From contig NEEC01000007.1 in the NCBI GenBank assembly GCA_002189035.1, positions 1,798,001 to 1,862,000 on the forward strand: a stretch of DNA of 64,000 nucleotides, given 5' to 3'. The stretch comes from Utricularia gibba. Its lineage: Eukaryota; Plantae; Magnoliophyta. Below are positions 25,835 to 37,254 of this stretch, piece by piece. A program made the translations under genes and the position numbers. Every line of letters starts with the position of its first letter. Within the stretch, counting starts at the first letter, position 1. The notes below the pieces were generated by a model, which had not been told where the DNA came from, did not search any database, and saw only the letters and a program-made list of their open reading frames with translations.

Positions 25835-28608
25835 TCAGTCCGACCCAGGGAAACCTTTTATTACATCTCTAAGAGCATGGTAATGGCTATCACACTTGTG
25901 ATCTGAAATAAGGTTGCTGGAAAGGAGTATTCTGGTAGGGAGTTCACCAGGTCGGCTCTTCAACATGGTGAAATATTCAACGGCAGGTATGTCTGAATTT
26001 TCAGCCTCAAAGCGTCTCTGCAAGTAGTACACAGTCCCTGGTACAAACAGATCATCATCTACCTTCTTTGCGACCTTCCCTTGGTCACTATTCCAACTGA
26101 CCTCACGGTCAGAAGCTTCATCTACAGGAAAATATGCAAATTGAAAACATATATAACTTGGAAACACTGCGTCTAGTAGATAAGGAGAACTAGGTAGTAA
26201 CCGTAGAGTTTCGACTGCCCTCTAATCTTGGTATATTCAGCAAGTTTCCCAGATATGTCTTGTATGGATGAAACAACTTGCTTAGCACTGGAAACAAGCT
26301 CAAGGATGCCCTTCCAATCTTCTCTACTAAAGACACTTACCCTGCAAGATCATTTAAACATTCAAGACATGGGATAGCTCACGAGCCAATCTGAAAGTAC
26401 GGGATTGAGATGCTCAAAAAATGAATATTTCCATTACCAATCTGTTCCAACAATTTCATTCCGCAGTCTTTTTACAGAAGCAGCGCTGAGTCTTGGGACT
26501 ATGTCCCCCTACATGAAAAGGTAATATAAGATTAACAGTTTGGTGCCATCGACTTTGAAAATGATATATATACTAGAGAAGCATGCCTGCATCACCACTG
26601 TAGTCACAAAATCAGAACAGCTTTCAGCAAGCTCCTTAGAAACACAAGGAGGTGTCCCATATGTAATCGCAGTGACAACATCAGGACTGAATCCAAGCTC
26701 TATGGATGACTTCCTCCTAAGCATGATAGCAAGCAAGGCAGCAATCGCACCTCCAAGAGAGTGGCCAACAAGCCTCAATCTAAAACCCTGCCAAATCATT
26801 AGTCTAGCAAACACTGTGTTATGAAATGATGAGACAGGATAAAATTGACAGTGGAATGAAGAGATTGTTAAACAAACCTTGTGTTTGTCCAGGTACCACC
26901 TGATGGTATCTATCTCATAGGTGAGAAACCAGCGAGATGCCTCTGCGGTTCCAAAATGGGTGGAATAGCCTTCAAAAGTGACTTCTTCATGGCCAGAGGA
27001 TACAATATCTGTAATAATGTCGTAGACATTTTGTGTTCCACGGATACAAAGAATGACAAGTTTCTTCCGTCTATCGATGCCAATATAATAACCAGGCCTC
27101 AACACACTTGATCGTCTTGTGAACTTCACTACATCTTTTACTCGAAGCATGCTACTCCTAGCGACACCAGCAGCATTATCCCTATAAGAGCCTCTTGCAA
27201 GTTCTAAATGGTATATAAGTTCATGAACCTAAAACACCAAAAGACAATATGTTTAGATGTTATTTAAAATAAGAACAATGCGTGCCTTCACAGAAAAAGA
27301 AGATAAAGGTGGACAGAATTGATTTGCCTACTCAAAAATATGGAACTGACGAAGATCAAAGTGCGTGGCAATTCATCTCAAATTGCTAACTATTTTACAA
27401 ACTCATAACATTTTTATGAGACAGGCCACGCATATAGTTAACTAGGCTTCAAGTTCTAAACATTACCTACATTGGAAAACAAGATAATCCTCATGGTATG
27501 AGAAACTCAATTTTAAATCATCTGATCATTTGCACCTTAGTTTCAAGTACTACAGTTATCACGAAAATGCTGAAAGGACAATTCTCCATTTTTTTTCTGT
27601 GGTATCTGGCAACGTTGCTCATAAACTTCTGCAATGCTCATCAGTTGCAAGGGTTTATAAAGGTAATTAGGCACTCACTAATGATTCCGAGGTGATGACT
27701 TCCCCCTTCACATCATCCACGGAACTCTCAGAAGCTTGCCTAAGATACAAGAGATATAATCCTATTGTAAGGTCACTCAGAGTCCAATCCTGAAACCCAA
27801 GTTTGCTCCTTTGTATGCTGGCAAATATTTCAGCAACCGATCTATCTGTAGGCGGGAGCTTGCTCGATACTCCACTTCCTAAAAACATTGACTCTCTGAA
27901 TAAGTTTTTTGCTGAACCTAAGTGAAAGTCAATAGTAAAGCTACTAGATATTTCTCAAGCTACGCCATTATAAGCATCCACTCTTTGAGCTCAAAAGGAA
28001 ACTAACTCAAAGAAATCCGCATCCTCAAGCGTCAGTAATAAAAACATCCCAAACGTCCCGATTTCAGGGTAAAACATGACTTTCCAAAGAAGAAGCAGCT
28101 AACAAAAGTCACAACATGAAGTTGGAGAGAAACTAAACCTGCGGGAAGCACCCACTTGTACAACTGCAAAGCGGGTTCAAGAGCTTTAGAAAGCCAAGTA
28201 ATTTCAGGCTTCCACCTGTAGCTATAAAGGCCCGAATCTTCGTTATCCACGACAGGGGTAACACTGCCGGGAATGTCTTCCAAGCTCTTCTCTTCCTTCG
28301 AATTGGACCACTTCAATCTACTCAAAAAAGTGTGCTCGTACTTCTTACATAAGTCTTTGGACAATCTCAAGCTTCGTCGAAAATCTGCGAACAAAAAGCA
28401 AGCTTAGTTGCGCGATGGATGATCATACGTACACAAGGAAACAGAAGTATAAAAGACCGACCCATTTTCAAGAATCATTTTTCTGCCCCACCACCATGCA
28501 ACCGATCAAAGAAGACCAGAAATGTATGCACAGCGACAGATTCATGGTGAAGGCAGCCTTGATCAGAACCCGCTTGAAATAGTGGTAGCAACCGCCGCCG
28601 TTCGCCAT
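25835..28608 (-). CDS. Class 3 lipase (mono/diacylglycerol lipase-like alpha/beta hydrolase)
   Basis: IRGTQNVYDIITD, GHSLGG nucleophile motif, YGTPPCVS, GDIVPRLS, DLFVPGTVYYL. The 5' exon is uncertain: candidate ATG at 28608, firm coding from 28385. Confidence 0.88.
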
Positions 28609-29266
28609 TCCGAAGATGTTCAACGGTGGCCCAAAATCTCAATTAACGGATGGGCACAAGCTCACCCAATCACTCGGCCCGTCTAAAATACACGGCCCAG
28701 TAACCGTTTGTTAAAATAACTGTTAGAATATATTAATTTGATCGTATTTAACCCAATAATTTTCATGAATGATTCACAACCTACAACAATTTAAACATCA
28801 TTTAATTACAGTTTTTTAAACATTGGACTCAAGTTATTTTGAATTGAGCCTGAATGGGGCATATCTTTTTTTAAATAATATGTATAAATGCAAATAAAAC
28901 ATTAAAAATACAAGAGATTATCAAAATGGATGATGATGAAAGTTTTACTGGATTATTTTGGTCTTTATCTCTATTCCCATGATTGTGATTTTTGAATTGA
29001 TTTCATTATCTTTTAAATAACTTCTTGATATTAAAGAATATTTTTTTGGAAATTATTTGATTCACATGATATGGTGGATAAAAAGAAAAATCAATTGATT
29101 GTAGCTTTAAACTGGCACACAAATTAATTGCCAAAGGAAGAAAAAGGTCTTCGCGAAATTGAAAAAATAATATTAAGAATTTTCAAGAGGGAAAAGTTTA
29201 CAATTCTTGCTACGTTAAAAAAATCAAAGAATGAATTCAGAAGCTGAAAAGATCAGCTTTGATTCC

Positions 29267-30582
29267 TCAGGAGAAGGCGGTTGGCAGGGCGGTGCAGTTG
29301 AGAGCTTGGAGGGTGGGTATGATGAGGCTTTGCTCGATGCGGACGGCGATCTCCTGTGTGAAGTGAATGCCGTCCCAGAACATGTGGCGTTCGGGATGGG
29401 AGCATGCGGGCACTCCGGCGCTGCCGCAGAATCTGTTGCTGCTGTAGTTGTACGCGCCTCCGATCCCGCAGCAGGTTCTCAGGGCGGTGGCTGCGTGTCC
29501 CTCTGCGCATGAACCAATTCAATGGTAAATAAATGATGAGCATCTATGCTGACAACAGATCCAGAATGAATGCGAGGGCTTGCCTTGATTCAGTCTGTCG
29601 AGGATTTGGAGGAAGCCCTCGTCGAAGGCACCGTAGATGAGGGTGACGTTGGGAACTCCCTGCCCAACTCGTTGATGGCTTGCCGGAGGTAGTTGTTTTT
29701 CATGGTGATGAGCCTGTTGACGCTGCTGAGGCATCCCAGGCGATCGTAGGCGGTGGGGTCGCCGGAGGGCATCGCGGTCAGGATGTAGGGGAAGCAACCC
29801 AGAGGGGCGCTGCCCGGGATGACGATGAGCCTTGCTCCCATCCCGATGAGTTGCTGCGAGTAGGGAGATTATATCAGTATGAAGGAATGGCCACAACTGG
29901 TATTTTTTGTGTGACGAAAAAGGGATTGATTAGTTACCCTGGTGGCCTGGATCTGTTCTCTGGTGATGGGGCCGACGTAAGACTGCGCTTCCTGAAGAGT
30001 CTTTCCCTGCGTGAGGGCGTACCCGATGTCGTTGGCCTCGAGGTCTCCCAGCAGCACCAGCGAATTGGCGAGCCTGTCAGCGATGCAGTCGGAGGAGTTT
30101 GCGCCGCCGCAGACGGACCGGAGGTGGGTTTGGAACCATTCGAGTTGAGTGGCGAGGGAAGTGGCGTAGCGTGGGATCCGGATGCCTCTCCGCGAGAAGA
30201 AGCCGTGGTCCATCACCGGACTCCTGGCGACCGAGAAGATGACGCCGTTGCTGGAGTTGGCCCTTTCGGAGAGAGAAGGAACGATATCCGGGAAGCCGAA
30301 GTCGAAAGCCGCGAAGTCGAAGTCGACGAGGCCGTCAGACCATCGCCCGTTGGGGGTGCCGGGGTACGTCCGCCCGTAGGGTGCACGTGTGGGCGGGAGT
30401 GAATCCTGAATGAGGACGGAGTTTCCGACGTCGGTGGCGCCGTCCCCGAAGTGGTAGAGGTAGGGAAATGGGCACACGGGATTGCCACCAGTCCGTGAAG
30501 AAGCAACCGCAGCGCTACTACAAGTACTCACAGCAACGATCGCGAAGAGGAGAAGGAGCTGAGAGGAGAAACCCATCATCAT
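29267..30582 (-). pseudogene. GDSL/SGNH esterase-like gene, left copy, with a 1-nt deletion frameshift in exon 2
   Basis: Reads gagttcccaac versus gagttccccaac in the right copy (29651-29653); frame changes from REFPNVTL to REFPTSPSST. Could be a consensus error. Confidence 0.7.
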
Positions 30583-30654
30583 CTGAACTGATCTGATCTG
30601 ATCTGCCGTTGGTTGTTGAGGTTGAATGATGCAGTGTTCATGAAATGGTCGAAC

Positions 30655-30977
30655 ATATATAGGCATGGAGGACTCGAAGAAGTCAACTTTCGTTTCATGG
30701 ACCGGTGACTGTCTTTTTCCATGTGTTTCTCTATCCAACCGCGTTAGAATTTGGACAAAAATACCTAATCTATTCATCCCAACTTGTAACCCAGTTGCTA
30801 GATTCAACCCATTGACAAATGTGAATGAGCATTCAATGCGAGGATTTGGTCATCTTCTTGGTCTTCAGACGCGCCCAAGCTCCGGCCGTGTTTCGGGTTC
30901 CTACACAGACACGGAGAATAGAACAGGTCCATGTCCATGCCCTTCCAGGAAAAGCCTTTCTATGGAATACTATAAAT
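30655..30977. promoter_or_regulatory. Divergent promoter spacer with TATA-like boxes: TATATAT (minus strand, 30661-30655) and TATAAAT (plus strand, 30971-30977)
   Basis: Each box starts 30 nt before its repeat-arm boundary and upstream of a short leader and ATG. Confidence 0.6.
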
Positions 30978-31054
30978 TCCACGCACCCCCAGTTCATCTC
31001 CATCATTCAACCTCAACAACCAACGGCAGATCAGATCAGATCAGATCAGTTCAG

Positions 31055-32371
31055 ATGATGATGGGTTTCTCCTCTCAGCTCCTTCTCCTCTTCGCGATCG
31101 TTGCTGTGAGTACTTGTAGTAGCGCTGCGGTTGCTTCTTCACGGACTGGTGGCAATCCCGTGTGCCCATTTCCCTACCTCTACCACTTCGGGGACGGCGC
31201 CACCGACGTCGGAAACTCCGTCCTCATTCAGGATTCACTCCCGCCCACACGTGCACCCTACGGGCGGACGTACCCCGGCACCCCCAACGGGCGATGGTCT
31301 GACGGCCTCGTCGACTTCGACTTCGCGGCTTTCGACTTCGGCTTCCCGGATATCGTTCCTTCTCTCTCCGAAAGGGCCAACTCCAGCAACGGCGTCATCT
31401 TCTCGGTCGCCAGGAGTCCGGTGATGGACCACGGCTTCTTCTCGCGGAGAGGCATCCGGATCCCACGCTACGCCACTTCCCTCGCCACTCAACTCGAATG
31501 GTTCCAAACCCACCTCCGGTCCGTCTGCGGCGGCGCAAACTCCTCCGACTGCATCGCTGACAGGCTCGCCAATTCGCTGGTGCTGCTGGGAGACCTCGAG
31601 GCCAACGACATCGGGTACGCCCTCACGCAGGGAAAGACTCTTCAGGAAGCGCAGTCTTACGTCGGCCCCATCACCAGAGAACAGATCCAGGCCACCAGGG
31701 TAACTAATCAATCCCTTTTTCGTCACACAAAAAATACCAGTTGTGGCCATTCCTTCATACTGATATAATCTCCCTACTCGCAGCAACTCATCGGGATGGG
31801 AGCAAGGCTCATCGTCATCCCGGGCAGCGCCCCTCTGGGTTGCTTCCCCTACATCCTGACCGCGATGCCCTCCGGCGACCCCACCGCCTACGATCGCCTG
31901 GGATGCCTCAGCAGCGTCAACAGGCTCATCACCATGAAAAACAACTACCTCCGGCAAGCCATCAACGAGTTGGGCAGGGAGTTCCCCAACGTCACCCTCA
32001 TCTACGGTGCCTTCGACGAGGGCTTCCTCCAAATCCTCGACAGATTGAATCAAGGCAAGCCCTCGCATTCATTCTCGACCTGTTGTCGGCAGAGATGCTC
32101 ATCATTTATTTACCATTGAATTGGTTCATGCGCAGAGGGACACGCAGCCACCGCCCTGAGAACCTGCTGCGGGATCGGAGGCGCGTACAACTACAGCAGC
32201 AACAGATTCTGCGGCAGCGCCGGAGTGCCCGCATGCTCCCATCCCGAACGCCACATGTTCTGGGACGGCATTCACTTCACACAGGAGATCGCCGTCCGCA
32301 TCGAGCAGAGCCTCATCATACCCACCCTCCAAGCCCTCAACTGCACAGCCCTGCCAACCGCATTCTCCTGA
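31055..32371 (+). CDS. Secreted GDSL/SGNH esterase-like protein (acetylajmalan/sinapine esterase-like clade), 383 aa; exons 31055-31699, 31784-32054, 32136-32371
   Basis: Signal peptide; block I FGDGATDVGN, PYGRTYPGTPNGRWSDG, block III GDLEAND, CCGIGGAYNY, block V WDGIHFTQ; intron 2 is GC-AG. Confidence 0.92.
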
Positions 32372-32717
32372 GGAATCACATCATTTTTTGTCCTTCTCTT
32401 TAACCATTCTTTCATTAGTTCTAATGTAAAATGACGTGCTTAATGGAATGCATTCATTCACATGTTCGAGTTGCCCTGTTCCCATTCCAAAGAAACCGAG
32501 ACTGCCGCCACATCACGATGTTCTGAAAAAACCACTATTCTGTGGGCTACTTGCAGAGCGAAGACATGTCTAATCCAGGTCTAGATCCATAACCCCAAAG
32601 AAAAAGATGCACACAAAGTCCATCACGAGGGGTAGCAGCAGAAGCGATGTTCGTACGAAAACCGAAAACGATAAACCAACTCGGAGTTGGGGGCGAACCG
32701 GTCGGAATTCAGTGAAG

Positions 32718-33207
32718 TCAATACCGGTCGAAGGAAGGTGGCCGGCCTCCCCTTCTTGGGCGGTCGTAGGGGCCAGGTCTCTCCCTGTAGTTTCTGCCTT
32801 CGTATCTTGGAGGTCCACCGGCGCTGCCGCGGGCGCCTCCTTCACGGTCGTAACCCCTCTCCTTGCCATATCCATTCTGTGGGTATCCTTCTGGGGCGCC
32901 GTACCTGTCATCCGGAAAACGGTCTCCGGGCGGCGGGTACCTGAACAATCATAAGAATTGATATGGTGGATAAGGTGTGGGGGTTGGCTCGGCCATGAGA
33001 ATTAAGCATGTACCTGTCGTTGAAATATCGGTCTCGGTTTCCAAATCGATCATCTCTGCTTTCGAAGCGATCCCTGTCGCCATAACGGCCCCTGTCGAAT
33101 CGGTCGTTTACATATCTCTCACGATCATCCAGGTAGCGATCCCCATGGTTACCAGGCCCTCCGAACCTGGGGCGTGGGGGGGAGAAAGGGCGACCGCGAC
33201 CACGACC

Positions 33208-33239
<32 letters not shown>

Positions 33240-35836
33240 TGCCAGCAGATGGGCAATCTCTTGCCCAGTGACCGGACCGACCACATCTGAAGCATTCATC
33301 CTGCCCAACAGATCTATTCCCACCAGCATAACTGCTCCTCACTCCTGCAGAATAATTACTGAAACCATGCCCAGGCTCTTCACCTCCCATCTTGGGCTCA
33401 GCCTTGTTAACGGAGATGACCCGATCACCAAACTCCCGACCGTGCATCTCACTGATGGCATCCTCCATGGCCCTCCGATCAGCAAAAGTCAAGAAACCAA
33501 ATCCACGAGGACGCCCAGTATTCCTTTCCAGCATAATCTATACCACAGTGTGTATCAGAAAACCATACAGACAAAAACAAAGACAAGATTCAAGCATCTT
33601 TCGAAGACTGGTGTCCCACAGATTTCAAGCAACTCTAATCAGTTCCTTGAATTCACAGGCTGCACACTGCTTTCTATTTCAAACAGCTTACATTTCTCGT
33701 CATTCCGCAGCAGTCAGATTACATAATATGTAATAAATCCCTCGTTAGGAATGGAATGGGAGCAGTTCTCACATGCACATAAGAACAGATGCCAAAAAAA
33801 TGCAGATACCTTCATCTCACACACAAAAAAAGACGTAATCAATCAGATCATGTACGATTTACTGAAACCTCACAACCAACAGAGCAAAACCCCCACCAAC
33901 AGATCACACAGCCAAGAAAGGAGAGGGCTAGGAAACAAAACAGCTATGATCTCCCCATTTGATATCATTCATTTTCCATTAACCAGCCGCTGTCAGTCTC
34001 CTACACACAACGGATCCCAGGCGAAGTTCTGCCATCTGAAGTCACAAAAGACTAGACGGAAGATGCTATCAAAGAGTATCATCGACATGCATGATGAAAA
34101 GTTACACTAGAGGTCATTACTTGTGCTTTTTTCTTCATATATTGTAGTGAAATATACAAGGCACAGATTGCAACTGAAGCTATAGTGTTATGACAAGTTT
34201 TTCAAGACAAGACGGACTATTGGAAGGTCAATACATATTTTAGTATGTGAAATTGTTGCTGTAATCAACACAACCTATTTTATTGAGATGTTCGCTTCCT
34301 TCTTCGACACTACAAGGCCAAAACCAGTATCAAGAAAGACAGCAACTTATACATGATAGAAACTGAACATGTCTTTCAAAATCAATTGGCCTTCAACACA
34401 AAAAACTGGAAACCTTGACTTACTCAGTCCAAATACTTGTTCTTTACTGCATTGACGCAACAATCACACAACATTGATTTTTAATGTTGTACCTCAGCTC
34501 TGATTTCGTCAATACAGATGGTAATCAACTGAAATTCTGAACCTCAGCCCGAAGTAACTCACAGTTAAGATGCTGTACCTCAGTAACTGAATGCATTGCA
34601 CAAAAAGAGTGCATTATGCAAAAAGCCACCATGAAATTTCCAAGCAGTGCAATGAAGACTCAGCTGATATTCAAATACATAAACGCCGATTATGCCAATC
34701 TTTCCACAAACTAGTGATGTCAAAAACATACCCCAGTTCCTTCCATTCCCCGTGCACACATTACAACTGCACCAGAATCTGGCTTAAACATAATTCAATC
34801 CTGGAAACCAATGCTGGGAACGCAATCTGATTTGGCGGACAAACCATATTTATAACACAAATGCTGGTAATGTTACACATGCTGGCCAGGATCAGTGATA
34901 CACCAATCAGTTTAACAAATTTTTTTCAGGAGAAGCTTGCAGCCACGTTGCTTAAACACTTCCTCACTAACCTACTTTACAAATGCTCAGAAAAGCAACC
35001 CACTGTCATTTCAACTGAAAACATCAAGGTTGAGGTGAGAGAGTGTGTGTCCAATCAGCGAAAGTTGAATTCAATGACTCATGGCACTATCGTACAAGCC
35101 AGAATGCATACACTAGCCGATGACTCATCTTAAGTAAACCCAGAATCGACTGCAACGGAAACTATGGTCCAACTAAAGCTGAAAAAATCCACAGAGAAAC
35201 TGGCAGAAAAAGACACAGGAGCGGCAAATTCACCTATGGGGGTAGAATCACAAAGCCCTTTAGATGTATAATTTTTAAAAAGCTAAGAATTTATCTCAAG
35301 GATGGAACAACAGAATCTGTGCTTCCGTGTTCCTAGAACAATGGATCAATAATACTCATCAACATATGATACAACGATTTATAATCGATGAAGAAATGCA
35401 GTAGATAGTTAATTTTAGGTGAAAATTCTTGATAATACAAATTAAGCTAAATCCCATTCGCAGAGAAAATCTCCATATGCATGCACTGAATCTCAAAGAG
35501 ACCCATTCTACAACCCATAAAGAATAGATATCACCGCAACGCTACAACTCACATGTCTGGAATAAGTTAGAAAGCCCGCATCGAGAAAATAAGAAAGCAA
35601 ATTTAACACAAGTAGAGACAACACTAGAAACAAGCATAAAACTCCACTTGAAAGTCACACAACCCAGATATGCATCGTAAATCCATTAAAACGAATATGA
35701 AGAAAAAGAACAACTAAATCTTCACCTGACTGTCAATAACTTTCCCGAAACGGCTAAACGCGTTTTCCAGCTGCCGCTCTGTGACGTCCGCCGCTAATCC
35801 ACCGACAAATATGCGATTTTCCTGCTCCGCCGCCAT
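32718..35836 (-). CDS. RZ-1 type glycine-rich RNA-binding protein (RRM, CCHC zinc knuckle, Gly/RD-rich tail); exons 35836-35726, 33537-33014, 32940-32718
   Basis: [17 protein letters not shown]1 [22 protein letters not shown]; closest to recalled RZ-1B/RZ-1C. Confidence 0.93.
33217..33237. repeat. (GCC)7 trinucleotide repeat encoding poly-Gly of the RZ-1 protein
   Basis: Direct reading of the sequence. Confidence 0.9.
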
Positions 35837-36322
35837 CTCTAAACTCTTACATCAACGAAGGAAAAAGCATCAAGCAACAGCAGAGTAAAATTCAAAAAAC
35901 GCATTGGAAGAATCGCAGAACACTTGCCTCGGCCGCCGATCCACAAGAGACGAGATAGGTAAAGGTACGAGGGCGGAACTCCAAACAAAACTAGGGCAAA
36001 CCAAGAGTAACCATAATTCGGCTTTTTTCCATCCTCTTAAAAAAAAAAAAAAAAAACCCAACCCGGTGTAAGCCCGTGACCGGTTCGATAGAGACTCCAA
36101 TTGGGCATAGTCCAATGCGAAAGCCCAATTTTGAGCCCGTGATCCAACTGCTCTTCAAATAATATTTTTTAATGAAAATAATTATTTCGAAATAATCGAT
36201 TAATTTAATTATTTATTAATGAAAATTGAGAAAAAAAAAGGGCGCTTTCCAAAATATTAAAAATTTAAATTTTATTTTAAATTATACAACTAAAATTTTA
36301 AATAAAATACGAAATGCATCAG

Positions 36323-37254
36323 TTAAATCTTTCCTACAATATCCTCTAAGGTAATGTTCAAGGAATCAGAAGACCCCTTCTTCACAGTCTCCCCACGAGA
36401 AGCCAGAAACTGTTCAACACTTCCTGGATCCCCAAACCATCCCAAACGATCAGCCATCAGATGCAAATTGTTGCACCCGTCGCATCTTGCAATGACGACG
36501 CCTTTGTTGTACGATTCCCGGCAAGCCGTCTTAACTGATCGGGTATCACAGACTTTGCAGGTGAACACCATCACCAAGTCATGTCTTTCAGATATCTTCA
36601 GCTTTGAGTTCACTTGGGGTATCACTGTGGTCTCTGTGTTTGCTGGAGCAGAAGCAAGAATCCCGGTTCCGGGTGCCGAGCTGCCGCTTCCTGCCTCTGA
36701 GAGTTCCTGGGGAAGAGCGGGGGTGGGCTCAGCAGGAGACTGAAATCTCCTGGAATACTGTCCACTGGTGGGAGAAGGATGCCGTGCAGAAGTGCCGATG
36801 CATGAGATATCTGCAACTTCAAAATGGTGGAAACGGTGAGTTCAAATGAGGTATTCATTGACACTGTTGAAATACATGAAACAGCACCTCAACTTCTATT
36901 TTCAAGATACGGAAAACAAGGGATACGACAGGATTTACAGCTCATGTAAAGGGAAATGAGTTATGACGCCTCAAATGCTCAACTCTAAAGCTTTGTGGAC
37001 AGGCATTTGAAAGAGATTTGAATATAGCGTGTCGAGTGTACATTCGTCTCAGCTATTAAGATGCAGCAAAATTCGAAACCCTAATGAAATCGAATTGCAA
37101 GGGAGTCCCTTCTCTGAATCAAAATCCAAACTTGGCAAAACCCAGATTAATAAAAAGAAAACCCACGCATGTGAGAGAAGGATGGACGACCTCTAGAAAG
37201 CGGGTGTGGATGAGATTTTGACGCCAGGAGATTGAGAACTCGACGAGCCGCCAT
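36323..37254 (-). CDS. DNL-type zinc finger protein (Zim17/Hep1-like organellar Hsp70 escort); exons 37254-37191, 36810-36323
   Basis: MVFTCKVCDTRS...GVVIARCDGCNNLHLMADRLGWF; transit-peptide-like start MAARRVLNLLASKS. Confidence 0.92.

Larger units (their letters stand above)
29260..32378. repeat. Large inverted repeat (palindrome): arms 29260-30631 and 31001-32378, unique 369-bp spacer
   Basis: Manual reverse-complement alignment: 9 substitutions, one 1-nt indel and one 5-nt (CAGAT) indel between the arms. Confidence 0.97.

Noticed and set aside
28560-28608. Third homopolymer frameshift at the lipase first exon (AAGCGG/GT)
   Set aside because: Other phase-1 donors (after MANGG, or near 28502) can join the ATG to exon 2 without an indel, so it cannot be supported.
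29267-32371. Bacterial or horizontally acquired origin of the GC-rich GDSL pair
   Set aside because: Both copies have spliceosomal introns at plant GDSL positions, a plant-type signal peptide and TATA boxes.
29231-32403. Long alternative-frame and antisense ORFs over the GDSL genes (e.g. 29680-30402 +, 31235-32068 -, 31741-32403 +)
   Set aside because: Shadow ORFs expected from GC-rich codon usage; no recognisable motifs, and the spliced GDSL frame explains the region.
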